Of a stretch of DNA of 64,000 nucleotides, positions 11,559 to 24,483 are shown in pieces. Made by a program: the position numbers and the translations under genes. Position 1 is the first letter of the stretch. Each line of letters opens with the position of its first letter. The stretch comes from Azolla caroliniana (lineage: Eukaryota > Plantae > Polypodiophyta): contig JBHGNT010000001.1 of NCBI GenBank assembly GCA_043228905.1, forward strand, positions 13,516,001 to 13,580,000. The letters are read 5' to 3'. The notes under the pieces are model-generated. The model was not told where the DNA came from and ran no database searches. It was given only the letters and a program-made list of their open reading frames with translations.

Positions 11559-14500
11559 ATGGACGATTCGTTGGGAGGCATGTTCAAGCTCACCGGCTCC
11601 AACTATTCGGTGTGGAAGTCGAAGATGAGGGACATGCTTGTGGTTAAAGATCTTTGGTTGCCGGTTCAGTTCAGGGACAAGAGACCGGACAAAATCGACG
11701 CCGCGATATGGGAGGTAATGCACATGAAGACAACGGCGTACATACGGTGCTTCATCGACATGAGCCTATACAACAACTTCAATGAAGAGAGCAAGGCTCA
11801 TGAGCTCTGGGAGAAGATCGACATTATGTTTCAAAACAAAAATATTGTTAATCAGGTTTCGGTATTCCGGAAGCTAGTAAGACTCTGGTACCAAGATGGC
11901 TCCAGCATGGCGGAGCACATGAATGCCTTCTAGGGGCTGATCCACCAGGCAACATCATTGGAAGTACCTCTTGCCGATGAGGTACTAGCACTACTCCTGC
12001 TCGGTTCCCTCCCAGATAGCTGGGAGACGTTGGTTGTCACCTTGGGCAACGTCGGGCCGGAAGGGAAACGGTTATCCCTAGCAAGAGTGAAGTCGAGCTT
12101 GCTAGATGAGGAGGCGCGTCGGAAAGATAAGGATACGAGCTCCGACACCAAAGCGCTCCTTACCGAATCGGAACGCGGAAGACAAAGGAATCGTAGTCCC
12201 CAGAACCGGGAAAAGTCGGGGACACGGTCAAAGTCAAGGGGGAGGCCTACTTGCTTCTATTGCGGCAAGCCGGGACACTTCCAGAAGAGCTGTCGGCATT
12301 TCCGAAAAGACAAGGAAACCGAGGGTACCGATTCGAAGCGGATACTAGACTGGAACGGTAAAGACCGGAGGGGAACGTACCGGAAGGGGACGACGGCAAT
12401 CACGGCAAGTGAAGAAGAGTTGATTCTCATCACCAAGGAGAGTGAGATAAACCTTGTCGGCGACGAGATGACCTGGGTGGTTGACTCCGAAGCGTCGTTC
12501 CACCTTACCCCGGACCGGAAATGCTTCTCATCCTACTCAGCCGGTGATCACGGTTGTGTCCGGATGGGGAATGAAGGTACATGCCGAATTGTCGGCATAG
12601 GAGACGTGTGGTTGATAACACCAACCGGATGCAAGCTGCTACTGAAGGATGTCCGACACGTTCCGGAGGTTCGTCTGAACCTGATATCAGTCGGTCGGCT
12701 AGATGATGAAGGCTACACGGGTAGCATCCGGAACGGTGTTATGAAGTTCAGCAAAGGGAGCCTGATTGTGGCTCGGGACCGGAAGGTAAACACATTGTAC
12801 CTGATGAATGCCCGGTTATGTCCCAAGGAAGTGAACATGGCATCCAACACTGCCGGTGAGCTGTGGCACAAAAGGCTATGTCACATGAGCGAGAAGGGGA
12901 TGAAGAGTCTTGCAGACGACAATCTCATTCCAGTGAAGAACGTGCACTTGGAGAAGTGCACTGATTGTCTAGCCGGTAAACAAAACCGGACCTCCTTCCG
13001 ATCGAGGCCACCGATGAGACGTAATGCACCACTAGAGTTGGTGCATACTGATGTATGTCAAGTGGACACGAAGTCACATGCCGGAAGCTGTGGGCCACAC
13101 TGTTGAAGACGAAGGATCAGGTGCTATCCGTCTTCAAAGAGCTCCACGCGAGAGAGGAAAGAAAAACCAGCCGGAAGCTGAAGGCGGTTCGAGCAGATAA
13201 CGGAGGTGAATACCGGGGGCAGTTCGAGGAGTACTGTCGCTTGAAGGGAATCCGGCTCGAATTTACCGTGCCGAAGACGCCGGAACTAAATGGGTTGGCC
13301 GAGAGGATGAACCGGACCATAATGGAGAGGGTCCGGAGTATGTTGGCGCATGCAAAACTACCCAAGATGTTTTGGGCTGAGGCACTGTCGACGGCGACAT
13401 ATGTGATAAACAGATCACCCTCAGTACCTTTGGACGGAGACACGCCACAGAGAGTCTGGACCGGTAAGTTTCCTACCGGCATCTGAAGGTATTCGGGTGT
13501 CTCACGTACGTGCATGTAGCTAGGGACCGGAGAGGAAAGTTAGATCCAAAGACCCAGCCATGCATATTCCTCGGTTACGGCGACGATGAGTTCGGCTACC
13601 GAGTGTGGGACCTGGTCAACAAGAAGGTATTCCGGAGTCGAGATATTATCTTCATGGAGGACAAGACGCTCGCCGACTGGGAGTCAAAGAAGAAGATAAT
13701 GAACTCCGAGTCGACCGGTAAGGATCGTTTCTACGATGAGCAGTCCCAACCGGCAAGAGATCGGTTAGCACTCGAGGAACCAGCCGGTTACGGTGAGGAT
13801 ACCGAACCGGCAGAAGAAGAAGTAGAGGAAGCTGAAACCGGAACCGGACAAGACCCCGAATCAGATTCGGATGAAGAGCGAATGGAGGTCCCGGTTACCG
13901 AAGCCCAAAGACGGAGATATCCTCTCATAGAGAGAAGGGCCCCCCGGAGATTTCCGGAGTAGAGCATGTGCTGCTAACCGATGAGGGGGAGCCAGAAAGC
14001 TTCGTAGAGGCAAAGGATGACACCCACAGCCGCAAATGGTTAAGTGCCATGCAGGATGAGATGGATTCCCTGCATGAGAACCATACGTACGAATTGGTGG
14101 AGTTGCCGAAAGGAAAGCGGGTACTCCGAAAGAAGTGGGTGTACAAGTTGAAACCGGGAGATGCCGGCAACCCCCCGACATACAAAGCCAGGATCGTGGT
14201 GAAGGGGTTCCATCAGAAGAAGGGCGTGGACTTCGACGAGATATTTGCCCCAATAGTAAAGAGGACCTCCATCCGGACGGTGCTGAGTATAGCGGCAAGC
14301 ATGTACCTCGAGGTAGAGCAGCTGGACGTGAAGACGACATTCCTTCCCGGTGACCTCAAAGAGGAGATCTACATGCAGCAACCAGAAGGATTCGTGGAGA
14401 AGGGGAAGGAGCACCTGGTATGCCGGTTGAAGAAGAGCCTGTACAGACTGAAGCAGGCTCCCCGACAATGGTATCGGAAGTTTGACTCCTTCATGACCGA

Positions 14501-15560
14501 TCAAGGGTACCACAAGACGTAGGCCGATCACTGCGTGTTTGTGAAGAAGTTCGAAGGAGGCGACTTCCTAATACTCCTTCTGTACGTGGACAACATGTTG
14601 ATCGTCGGACGGGACCAAGCCAAAATACAGATGTTGAAGAAGGCTCTCAACCGGACCTTCTCAATGAAAGACTTGGGTCCGGCAAGACAGATGTTGGGGA
14701 TGCATATCATCCAGAACCGGCCAACGAAGCAACTATGGCTGTCACAGGAGAAATACGTGACAAAGGTGCTTCAGCGGTTCAACATGTCAGATGCGAAACC
14801 GGTCGGATCGACACTTCCGGCAAACTGCAGGTTATCCGGTAAGCAAAGCCCGAAGACGAAAGCAGAGAAGGTGGATATGATGAAGGTTCCAGATGCCTCT
14901 GCCGTCGGGAGCTTAATGTACGCAATGGTGTGTACCCAACCAGATATAGGATACGCAGTCGGAGTGGTGAGCCGGTTTATGAGCAATCTCAGCAAGGAGC
15001 ACTGGAACGCGATCAAATGGATACTCCGGTACTTGAAGGGCACTTCAAATATGTGTCTCCGATTCGGCTCCGGTAAACCTCAACTTGAAGGTTTTACCAA
15101 TTCGGACATGTCGGCTGATGTGGATACCAGCCGGTCTACATCCAGGTATGTAATGACATATGCAGGGGGACCTGTTTCGTGGCAGTCGAGGCTGCAGAAG
15201 ACGGTTGCATTGTCAACCACGGAGGCGGAGTACATGGCGGATGTGGAAGCCGGCAAGGAAATATTATGGATGAAGGACTTCATCGGAGAGCTCGGTATCT
15301 GGCAAGATGGATACCGGCTCTATTGCGATAGTCAAAGTGTCATCCACCTTGCTAAGAATGCAGCCTACCATTCCCGGACGAAGCATATCCAGCGAAGGTA
15401 TCATTGGATCCTGGAAAGAGTAGATGACCAGGAGTTCGCGCTGACGAAGATCCACACGGCCGAGAACGGGTCAGATATGCTGACCAAAGTACTAATACCC
15501 GACAAGCTGGATGCATGCCGGAAACGGATCGGACTAGTAAGACATCCCATGCCGGAGTGA
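11559..15560 (+). pseudogene. copia gag-pol polyprotein, disrupted
   Basis: Zn knuckle CFYCGKPGHFQKSC, protease WVVDS, INT VRADNGGEY, RT YVDNML, RNaseH. Several in-frame stops and frameshifts. Confidence 0.95.
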
Positions 15561-16908
15561 AGGGGGAGTTTGTTAAGAAACAAGTCCCTTCGGATGGGAA
15601 ATGAGAAGAACAATACTGATGAGAACCGGATGACAAGTACCCGGCAACGGAAGACCCGGTGAGAACCGGATGTGGTGTACCCGGCGAGCACCGGATGAGG
15701 AGTACCCGGCATGAGCCGGATGGTGAAGGCCCGGTGAGAAGTGCTCACCGGATGAAGGGACATATTTGTAAATATGTTTTCTGAGAGTCCATCGGGGCTA
15801 TATTTGTAAATAGCCGGACAGTCATATTAGTATAAATATGACTTAGGGCAAACTCTTTGACTGTAGTTGTTGTCATTCTTGTTGGTGCAAGATTAGAGAG
15901 CGCGTAACTATGTACAGAGAGAGAGAGAGAGGAAGAGGTCGTTGCCTCTGTTGTAACCGCCGCCTGTGGCGAAGATCGTGAGCACGAATTCGTTGCCTCC
16001 GTGAGCTCACTGTTGTAATCATTGTGATATAGTGATAGTTTGGAGTTTGTGGACTCCCGTGGTTTTTTCCCTCTCAGGGTTTTCCACGTTAAACATCCTG
16101 TGTACTCTTCTCTTCTTTGTGTCGTGCGTTCATTATCTGTTTTTTTGTGTTTGATTCTAGACTCGGTAGTGGCCGAGCGTTGTTCATCGGGAGCGTGTGT
16201 TCCTGTCACCTTTATGGCGCCGAAGAGTAATAAAGTCGGGACAAGAATCTCATGTAATAAGGGATTTATCCCACGATGCTATGGATCCCTCTCCTTGTTC
16301 TATAAAAGGAAGGGAGCGCCCTTGGTGAAGGGGTTGCGCATTTTGTATTAGTAGGGTATACCGTTAGATTAAGAGACGTCCTCTCTTTCTCTTTCCCTTC
16401 CTCTTGTTTAGGGTTTCGTTTTTCTACTTCTTGCTTCTACTTCTTCCTCTTCGTCGTTCTGAGTATCGAGCCTTGGCATCTCGTGTTCCTGTTTTCTGCC
16501 CGTTCTCTGTGCAAGACCCCACTCGGCACGACAAGCCCGAGAGCTCCCCGACCGGCGGCTTGGCAGTAGACGATTGTTGTAACCTGAGCTACTTAGGTCG
16601 GGCTCGATACTAGTACTGTATCTTAGTCTTGTAATATATGCATGGAGGGTTCTGCGTATCGGTGTTTGTGTGGGTGTTTTGGTGTTCTCTTACCTCCGTT
16701 TCTGTACATAAGGGCGTGAGTTGGGTCGGCGTGGTGTGTGGGTGTGGGTGTGAGTCGGTGTCAAGCGCGCGCTCTCTCTCTTTCTCTCTCCCGTTCGGTT
16801 GCTTCCGGAACGCGTCTGGAGTTATCTTCTCGGCTTCCCTTCTTCCCTCGTCCGAGACCCCCGTGGTCCCGCCCTTCTACACGCACGCGTGTAATAACGC
16901 GACATATT

Positions 16909-16926
16909 TGGTAAACCCGACGTGAA
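16909..16926 (+). promoter_or_regulatory. primer-binding site, tRNA-Trp-like
   Basis: TGGTAAACCCGACGTGAA is one mismatch from the complement of the plant tRNA-Trp 3' end as recalled (TGGTGAACCCGACGTGAA). Confidence 0.75.
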
Positions 16927-17559
16927 GGGCGGCAAGGGAGAATGGAGTTGGAAGAAGACAACTTCGCGCAACTTTTCGTCAAAGCGGTGAGGGAGTTTGG
17001 ACGAGCGACGGCAAGACGAGAGTTGGCGCAGCAAGCGGTCGAGCGAGTGGTCGAAAGAGTCGGCCATTTCAACGGGGACAAAGTCCCATCTTACTTGGAA
17101 GCCTTCAACGCGGAAATGGAGGAGCGAGACGTGGACGAAGCGTTGAGGCTGGAGTTCTTCTGTCAGACTATCGCCGTCCATATGGACGTGGAAGTGAAGG
17201 AGCTCCGAGAAGCTCATAGTTCGTTGGAGGCCTTTGAAGAGGCGCTCCTGTAGGCATATGGAGGACGGCGGAAGAGCCGGGGATGACACGACTTCGACCA
17301 GTGGGTAGCATCGGCAAAGACCCACCAGGACGCAACGAAGGTGTTCCGAGAGTTCGAGCGATGGCTTGCTCGGCTCCCGGAGCGGGAACAAGGTTTGGTG
17401 GGGGCGGACAAAGTCCTATTTTCATCAGGTCGATCAACCGAGCGGAACGGGAGGCCATCGGGATTGAGCTCGAAGACGATGACAGAGCGAATGGGCTTGT
17501 GCCAACGGCTAGACAATGAGAGAGCTGAGAAGGCTAAGAGGAAGGCACGCGACGGCGTG

Positions 17560-19660
17560 CCATCACAACGGGAAGAGGCCGAACGGCAAAGAGAGTCGGC
17601 AAGGGTTGGCGTTGGGGCCAGGATTGTGGAGGCGTACGCAGCTCTCAAGGCGATGCTCGAGGAAGAGGAAAGATCAAGGCCGCAAGCCGAGACCGAGGAG
17701 ACGGATTTGCCCCATGTGATGGCAGGAGATCGGTACCACGGTACCACGGGAGAGGGTGCGGAACAAAACGCCCTCTCGACTTGCGGAGAATTGCCGACCG
17801 AGGACAAGGTCGGGAGCGGAGAAGAGCCCTCCACGTGGATTCAGGAGACTCCGGTGGTCGAGCCCGTGTGCTGACATGAGACCGGAGAGAAGGAAGGTGT
17901 CGCCGAGGAGTCCTAGCACGATGCCAGCGAAGAGGGATGGGAAACGGCTTGCGAGGAGGCCAAGGACGGAGGCCGCACGAAAAGATCGGCATTCCAATTC
18001 GGATGGTGCGTGATCCGGATGTGGATGACTCGACCGAAACCGGCCCAAGGCACGAAAGACCAGGGACGGGCTATAGAGCCCAATCGGTTCGGTACAATAG
18101 TGCCGGCGCGGAAGAGGGTGCGAAACAAATCGCCGGCACTATTGTACCGAACCGAGGTTGTGGAGAGAGACCAGCAGGTTTCGGACACCGCTGCCTGAAA
18201 CTCCGGACATTGGAGAATCAAGTGCAGGCGGCACTTGGTCGATCAAAGTCCAAATGCTTCTCACCAAACGTGCTTGGGGAGCGGTACCCCAAACGAGCGT
18301 CCGCAAATCATTACGGGACGGAAACACCACGTCTTATCCGGAGACTCAGGCAGCCGGCAACGAGCGCCGGCGTGAGACCTGGAGAGATGGGAGATGGAGG
18401 CGGGAATGTAGCAAGGAGAACGACGACGAGTTCGGGAGAAGTACAGGGGATGAAGAGGAGAACGAAGACCGGTCCTACGGAGATCTTCACACCGATCTGG
18501 TTGTCGGCCCGAGTGCCAGCGTGAGTCCTATAGGAGAGGTCGGTGGCAACAGGAGAACGGGACTCGGCAATCCAGAGAATGACGAACGGACCCGGACGAG
18601 AACCGGGCGGAGCGGACTCCCGGATAACCATTCCGGGAGGGAGGAAGAGAGCAGGCCTACGAGAGGCCGAGAACACGGTACGTCGGTACCACGGGAGAGG
18701 GTGTGGAGCGAGCCACCCTCTCGGCTTGCGGAAGAAGGAAGACCCGGGATAAGGGTCAAGGATACGACGAGCCCAAGGAGGATCCTTCACACCGGTTCCA
18801 AAGACTCCGGCGGTCGGCCCGAGAGCCGGCGTGAGACCTAGAGTGGCGATCAGTGGCGGCAAGGGGACGAAGGCAAAGGATTGCGGATGGGCAGTTTGCG
18901 AAGATCCTCAAACTGATCCGACTGTCAGCCCGAGTGCCGGTGTGAGTCTTGTAGGAGAGAACGGTGGCGGTAGGTGAACACGACCAGCCGAAGAGGCTGA
19001 TGCGGAGGACGGAGGAGACAAGCGGTGGTGCCATGACCTTACACACACCGGCCCTAGAGGCTCCGGCGGTCGGCCCGAGTGGTGGCGTGAGACCTAGAGC
19101 GATGGGCGGTGGCGGCGGCAAGGCGGGCAAACCGAGGTCCCACGAAGATCCTCACACCGATCCGGCTGTCGGCCCGAGTGTCAGCGTGAGTCCTATAGGA
19201 GAGATCGGTGGCGGCAGGTGAACGTGATCGGATGACGGAAAGCAGAGAAGGAAGGTATTAGGCCGGCGAAGCGGCTACTAACCGAATCAGACCTACCGGC
19301 AAGGTCACGGGCATAAGGAAGTCCGGTCCTACGGGATTCCCACACCGAACCAGAGACTCCGGCAGTTCGGCCAACGTGGCAACATGAGACCGAGAGAGAA
19401 GGTTGGTGGCGGCGGTAAACGGGACCCGGCAACACGAAGACGGGACCCGACTACGCGGAATACACGAGGAGAGTCCGGGATAGACTCAAACAAAAGACAC
19501 CCGAATTTCGGCAAGCAGAGAAACGGAGTCCGGTCCTATGGAACCCTCACACCGATCCAGAGTCTCCGGCAGTTCGGCCAACGTGGCAACATGAGACCGA
19601 GAGAGAAGGTTGGTGGCGGCGGGAAACGAGACCCGGCGACACGAGATAGCGGATCGGGAG
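17560..19660 (+). repeat. GC-rich modular repeats in the interior of the non-autonomous element
   Basis: Recurring cacaccgatc..gtcggcccgagtg..gcgtgag module; direct duplicate blocks near 19340-19430 and 19548-19640. Confidence 0.8.
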
Positions 19661-21616
19661 TCGGTAAGACGGGGGCGGACAAAGTGCGAAACCCTTACCG
19701 GCCAGTTATGGTTTCGGAAGGAGCCAGTAGGGGCAAATATGGGGAGGTGTGTCAGGCCAGAAAGGCACACCTGGGATGGAACAAGAGTCTCGCAAGTGGC
19801 CATCGCGGGCCGGATCAAAGCGTGACTACGGGACGGTGTTCGGCACGGGCGGTGCCAAACAAAGGAAGCGGAACGCGGCACACGGAGGTGTCGAAGCAGA
19901 AAGGCGAGCTCGAAGAATGGGTTGCACGGTTCCGAGGTCGCGCGTAGAAGACCGGAGAAGGATCCTCCACACCATTCCAAAGACCTTGGCGGTCCGAGCC
20001 GACGTGGCGACGTGGCGACGTAAGACCAAGGAGAAGGAAGGTGGCGGCGAGGGGACGAAGGCAGTGGGAAACAACGCGGGACGACAATCAGGATCACGCG
20101 AATGGTCGACGGAGGCCAGGCTGGCCACTACGGGCGTTCCTCAAGCGGAGGACATCGGGCATGCGGCGGAGAGCGGAGCGTGCATACGGCCGAACAAGGG
20201 CCAGCGGAAGTACACGTACTACGGAGATCGCGGCGAAGGACCCATCGACGGGTCGAACGAGCCTACAGGGAGGTAAGCGCGAAGGAAGAACCGAAGCCGA
20301 CGATTCAAACTAGCAGCGAGCCGGGATGCGGATTACGGAAAACCGGTTTCTCACCGACGGAAATCCCTCACCCTTCACCGGATTTGGCATGTACCGGTGG
20401 ACGTGCGGTTTGGTGGGGGCGGATGTCGTGAAGAATTTCGGCCAGAGGCAGAAACCGGGAAATATTGGCTACATCGACGGGGTGCAGCATGTGCGCTCAC
20501 CCTTGTACATTTAGTGTGAATAACAAGGGCGCCTTTATGGCGCCGAAGAGTAATCAAGTCGGGACAAGAATCCCATGTAATAAGGGATTTATCCCACGAT
20601 GCTACGGATCCCTCTCCTTGTTCTATAAAAGGAAGGGAGCGCCCTTGGTGAAGGGGTTGCGCATTTTGTATAAGTAGGGTATACCGTTAGATTAAGAGAC
20701 GTCATCTCTTTCTCTTTCCCTTCCTCGTGTTTAGGGTTTCATTTTTCTTCTTCTTGCCTCTACTTCTTCCTCTTCGTCGTTCTGAGTATCGAGCCTTGGC
20801 ATCTCGTGTTCCTGTTTTCTGCCCGTTTTCTGTGCAAGACCCCGCTCGGCACGACAAGCCCGAGAGCTCCTCGACCGGCGGCTTGGCAGTAGATGACTGT
20901 TGTAACCTGAGCTACTTAGGTCGGGCTCGATACCAGTATTGTATCTTAGTCTTGTAATATATGCATGGAGGGTTCTGCGTATCGGTGTTTGTGTGGGTGT
21001 TTTGGTGTTCTCTTACCTCCCCGTTTCTGTATATAAGGGCGTGAGTTGGGTCGGCGTGGTGTGTGTGTGTGGGTGTGAGTCGGTGTCAAGAGCACGCTCT
21101 CTCTCTTTCTCTCTCCCGTTTGGTTGCTTCCGGAACTTGTCCGGAATCGTCTTCTCGGCTTCCCTTCTTCCCTCGTCCGAGACCCCCGTGGTCCCGCCCT
21201 TCTACACACACGCGCGTAATAACGCGACACCGTGTCGGGTCACGCACCTTTCCCGAATCTCGGCAAAGCTTTACGTTTCTATCTAGAGGGGTTGAGATGG
21301 GCTTACACTCTACCATCCCGAACTTGAAGAGCATATTCAGTGTGTAATGACGTTGGTTGATCAATATGCCTTCGGGGGAACGAATCACTTCGATCCCGAG
21401 GAAGTAATGAAGATCTCCAAGATCCTTCATTTCGAAAGATGCCGTGAGCTGAGACTTGACACGACCGATTTCTTCCAAGTCGGCATCGGTGATGACTAAA
21501 TCATCTACATAAAGTAGAAGGCTAACCGGTCCATGTCGACCTTGCAAAACAAATAACGAAGAGTCTGATTTGGACGTCGTAAACCCTATTTTACGCAACC
21601 ATTGCGTAATCTTCGT

Positions 21617-22360
21617 TTTTTTAAGATTGCTTAAAGTGTGTGGCACTTCATCAGGGGTTGTTTGGGGTGGACTCAAGTTTAGATCTTATTTGTATGTCTA
21701 AACCTAAGTAGTGATATAGTTTTAGGGGAATAGAAAAGTAAGGGCATGGGTGGGGCTAGGGGAGTGTAGCTTGTTGAAGATATCAAAAGTATTTAAAGCT
21801 AATCAAAGTTTCTAGAACATATTAAAGATTATTGGGATAACTTAAGTTATTAGACACCAATAGAGTATTATTAAAACACCAATATAGAGTATTATTAAAA
21901 CGGGACCACACACTTAGATGAAAGGGAGTTGTTTAAACACACGCTTAAACAAACACTTAAAAGAAAGATTATTATTAAAAAAAAGAGAGATTGAGATTAA
22001 AAAATGATTAAGGGATTATGATTAAGGGGGAAGCGGTTGCTTAAACAAAGTCCTTAAACGAATGTTTAAACAAATACTTAGATAAGGAAACTCTTGGGTA
22101 AACACTTAAAGCAAGGTTATGATTAAAAGACAAGAGAGGGATTATGATTAGAGAAAAGGGGTCATGGCTAAGAAAAGGATGATTATGGTTAAGAGAGGAG
22201 AATACTTAAACAAATGTTTAAAAAAGTTAGATCAAAAAATGATTAAACAAGTACTTAAAAAAAGGGGTTAAACAAGTACTTAATAAAAATGATTATTAAA
22301 CAAGTACTTAATAAAAAATGATTCTTAACTTATCCAAATATCCACAACAACCCTAAACTT
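21617..22360. repeat. AT-rich segment with short tandem repeats
   Basis: Repeated ttaaacaagtacttaa / gattatgatta / agagtattattaaaac units. Confidence 0.6.
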
Positions 22361-22372
22361 ACAGTTACAGTC

Positions 22373-23641
22373 ATGCAAAGAGTTCTGCAGAGTTGGCAAG
22401 GTTTACTCCCACCAGTACTATATGTGCAACTTGACAACACGGCGAGAGAAAACAAGAACTCAACTGTGTTTGGTTACCTAAGCATGTTAGTAGACAAAGG
22501 TATTTTCAAAAAGATTAAGGTCAACTTCTTGCTAGTTTGTCATACACATGATCACATAGATCAAATGTTTAGTAGATTCTCCAAGAAATTAGCGAGGTGC
22601 AATGCTTTCACACTTCCTGTGCTATCAAGGTTGATCGTTGAAGCTTATACCCCCAAGCGAGATGTGCAACATTTAGATGAAGTATATGATTTCATGTGCT
22701 TCTGTTTGGATGGTGATGGGACTGGATGTAGGGTTCTTGCTCCACTTAATAATATAAGTTTTAACCACGTCTTCCTCATCCAAAAAAGTGTGGTCGGTCA
22801 CAACCAGACCATGTTGTATGCCAAACAATACTCATCTAGTTCGCAATGGGAGCCACAAGACGGATGTAGGCTCTTATCGCATTTCCCACATTCAATAATC
22901 TATGGTGTCGAGCAAATGCACTATGACGACCATAAAAGATTGGTTGTTGGTAGTTCAATTCAAGAGCAAAAGATATATTGGACGCGGTACCTTGAGGAAA
23001 AACAAAGAAATATTGAGCGAACCAAAAAGTACGTTGGTGATCAGGATGTGGATTGGTGGGATGTTTTCTTTAATCATCAACATACAATATTAGATAACCA
23101 CTTTACAGGGTACTGGCCACTACAAAATCAATTCGAATGGGCGCTCGGTGGCCCATCAATGGCAAGCACGACTCCTTTACAACCACTAGATAATCTTGAA
23201 TTGAATAATCTAGTTTGTCCACAACAAAGAGATATTTACGTGGGACCAAGATTATCACATGTTGTAGAGGCAAGGTGGCAAGTCAATCTACATGAGCTAT
23301 AAGTTGGTATGTTGGTTGCAACATTAGCTGGGGGTGATAAGTTGGGCCATCCCTTCTGGATTGCCAAAATCATTGAAATTATTAAGGATGATGAAGGTAA
23401 TCAAGTAAAGTCTATTATGGTTCATTGGTATCATACCTCTTCCAAAGATACATTTACTGGGAAGTACTCTTTAGAGATGGTTAAGGATGTCGAAGGCACA
23501 AGCAAAAAGCGAAGAAGAAAGAATCTACCAAGCACGTCTACCCTAGCACTTGATATAGCGATCTCACAAAGCTCTTCTAGGACATCGAGTGGGTCTGAAG
23601 GGGAACGCGTATCTCTGGGAAGTGGTGGATGCCATATATGA
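22373..23641 (+). pseudogene. DDE transposase fragment (Sola-like), 5'-truncated, one in-frame stop
   Basis: LYVQLDNTARENKN and FLLVCHTHDHIDQMFS motifs. The frame continues after TAA at 23300-23302 into GMLVA..FWIAKI..VHWY. Confidence 0.75.
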
Positions 23642-24089
23642 AATGTAAATATTGTATGTTACATCAATATGGCGATTCACAAATATGTATAAATATACAT
23701 GTTAGTCAGTTTGTAATTTTTGTATGTTCTCTTGTAAATTTCACGTGTTGATTATTAGGGGCATTTTTTGAAAGCCCTAAATTTTTGGACATGGTATAAA
23801 TCAATATATTTTGATTCAATTTCCAAAACCCTTTAAGCATGTGGTGGTCCTTTTTGTGAAATGACCTACTTTGTGCCTTTTTTGGAAGGATTGTTCTTAA
23901 ATTGCGACATATTACCTATTTCAAATGACCCAGTGTTCTCTCTGTCCACTATGTAGGCTCCCTCTCCTTATCTGTCCCTCCCTCTCTCGTCACTCAACAG
24001 TCTTTGCCTATGGCTTGCTGTCAGCCTCTCTATCAACTTTCAAATTCTAACTTCTCACTGTCTAATTTCTAACTTTCTAAACCCTAATT

Positions 24090-24269
24090 ATTAAACGGTT
24101 TAGATGGTTTAGATGGCTTAAATGGTTTGAGCCGGTTTGGTAAGTTTCAAGCCGAACCAAGCCGAGTTCAAACTGTTTAGGGTGGCTCAAGCCTAAACTG
24201 AGCCGAGCGAGCCGCTAAACCGGTTTAGCTAAACAGTTAAGGCTTGGGCCGAGGCGTTGTCGATCCCTA
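24090..24269. mobile_element. hAT/MITE-like terminus with subterminal repeats
   Basis: Clustered gagccg/aaccg/ggttt motifs ending in GATCCCTA; the partner end is not seen. Confidence 0.45.
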
Positions 24270-24483
24270 ATCTTTATGTCATGATTCTTTAATATATATC
24301 TCTTTATTTTAGCATATTTATGATACCACCATGGCTTTTGCAAACAAGTCTCTAACATTATACAGACTCAAGCTTTTTCATTCATCGGATCTTGAACTCG
24401 GTTAAACAATTATCATGATACATCAGCCGATTTATTTGTTTCAAATACATTAGCTCCCTCTTTTTTTAAGTAGAGTGTAATAT

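Larger units (their letters stand above)
10776..16208 (+). mobile_element. full-length Ty1/copia (Tnt1/Tork-like) retrotransposon
   Basis: LTRs 10776-11529 and 15571-16208 (TG..CA), 5-bp TSD CCTTT, PBS TGGTATCAGAGC, PPT AGGGGGAG, domain order gag-PR-INT-RT-RH. Confidence 0.97.
10663..21229 (+). mobile_element. non-autonomous Ty3/gypsy-type LTR element (decayed gag only, repeat-filled interior)
   Basis: LTRs TGTCG..CGACA: the 5' LTR (10663-16904) is split by a copia; the 3' LTR is 20424-21229. 4-bp TSD CCGT, tRNA-Trp-like PBS, gag-like HFNGDKVPSYLEAF, no RT or INT. Confidence 0.9.
9021..21616 (-). mobile_element. 3' half of a second-family copia (3' LTR 9021-9442; RT/RNaseH at 9975-10662 and 21230-21616), split by nested insertions
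   Basis: DADWAG, WSSKKQPIVALSSTEAEY, NPVFHARTKHIEVHYHF, LLLYVDDLVI. The frame DPTR|FRRIV is restored across the 10663-21229 insertion. Confidence 0.9.

Noticed and set aside
17341-20431. Many overlapping 100-227 aa ORFs on both strands
   Set aside because: Expected from high GC and repeats; no RT, INT or other motif.
21630-21660. Minus-strand CTGATGA plus stem as a functional hammerhead
   Set aside because: Lacks GAAA and the 3' arm of stem I; at most a relic.
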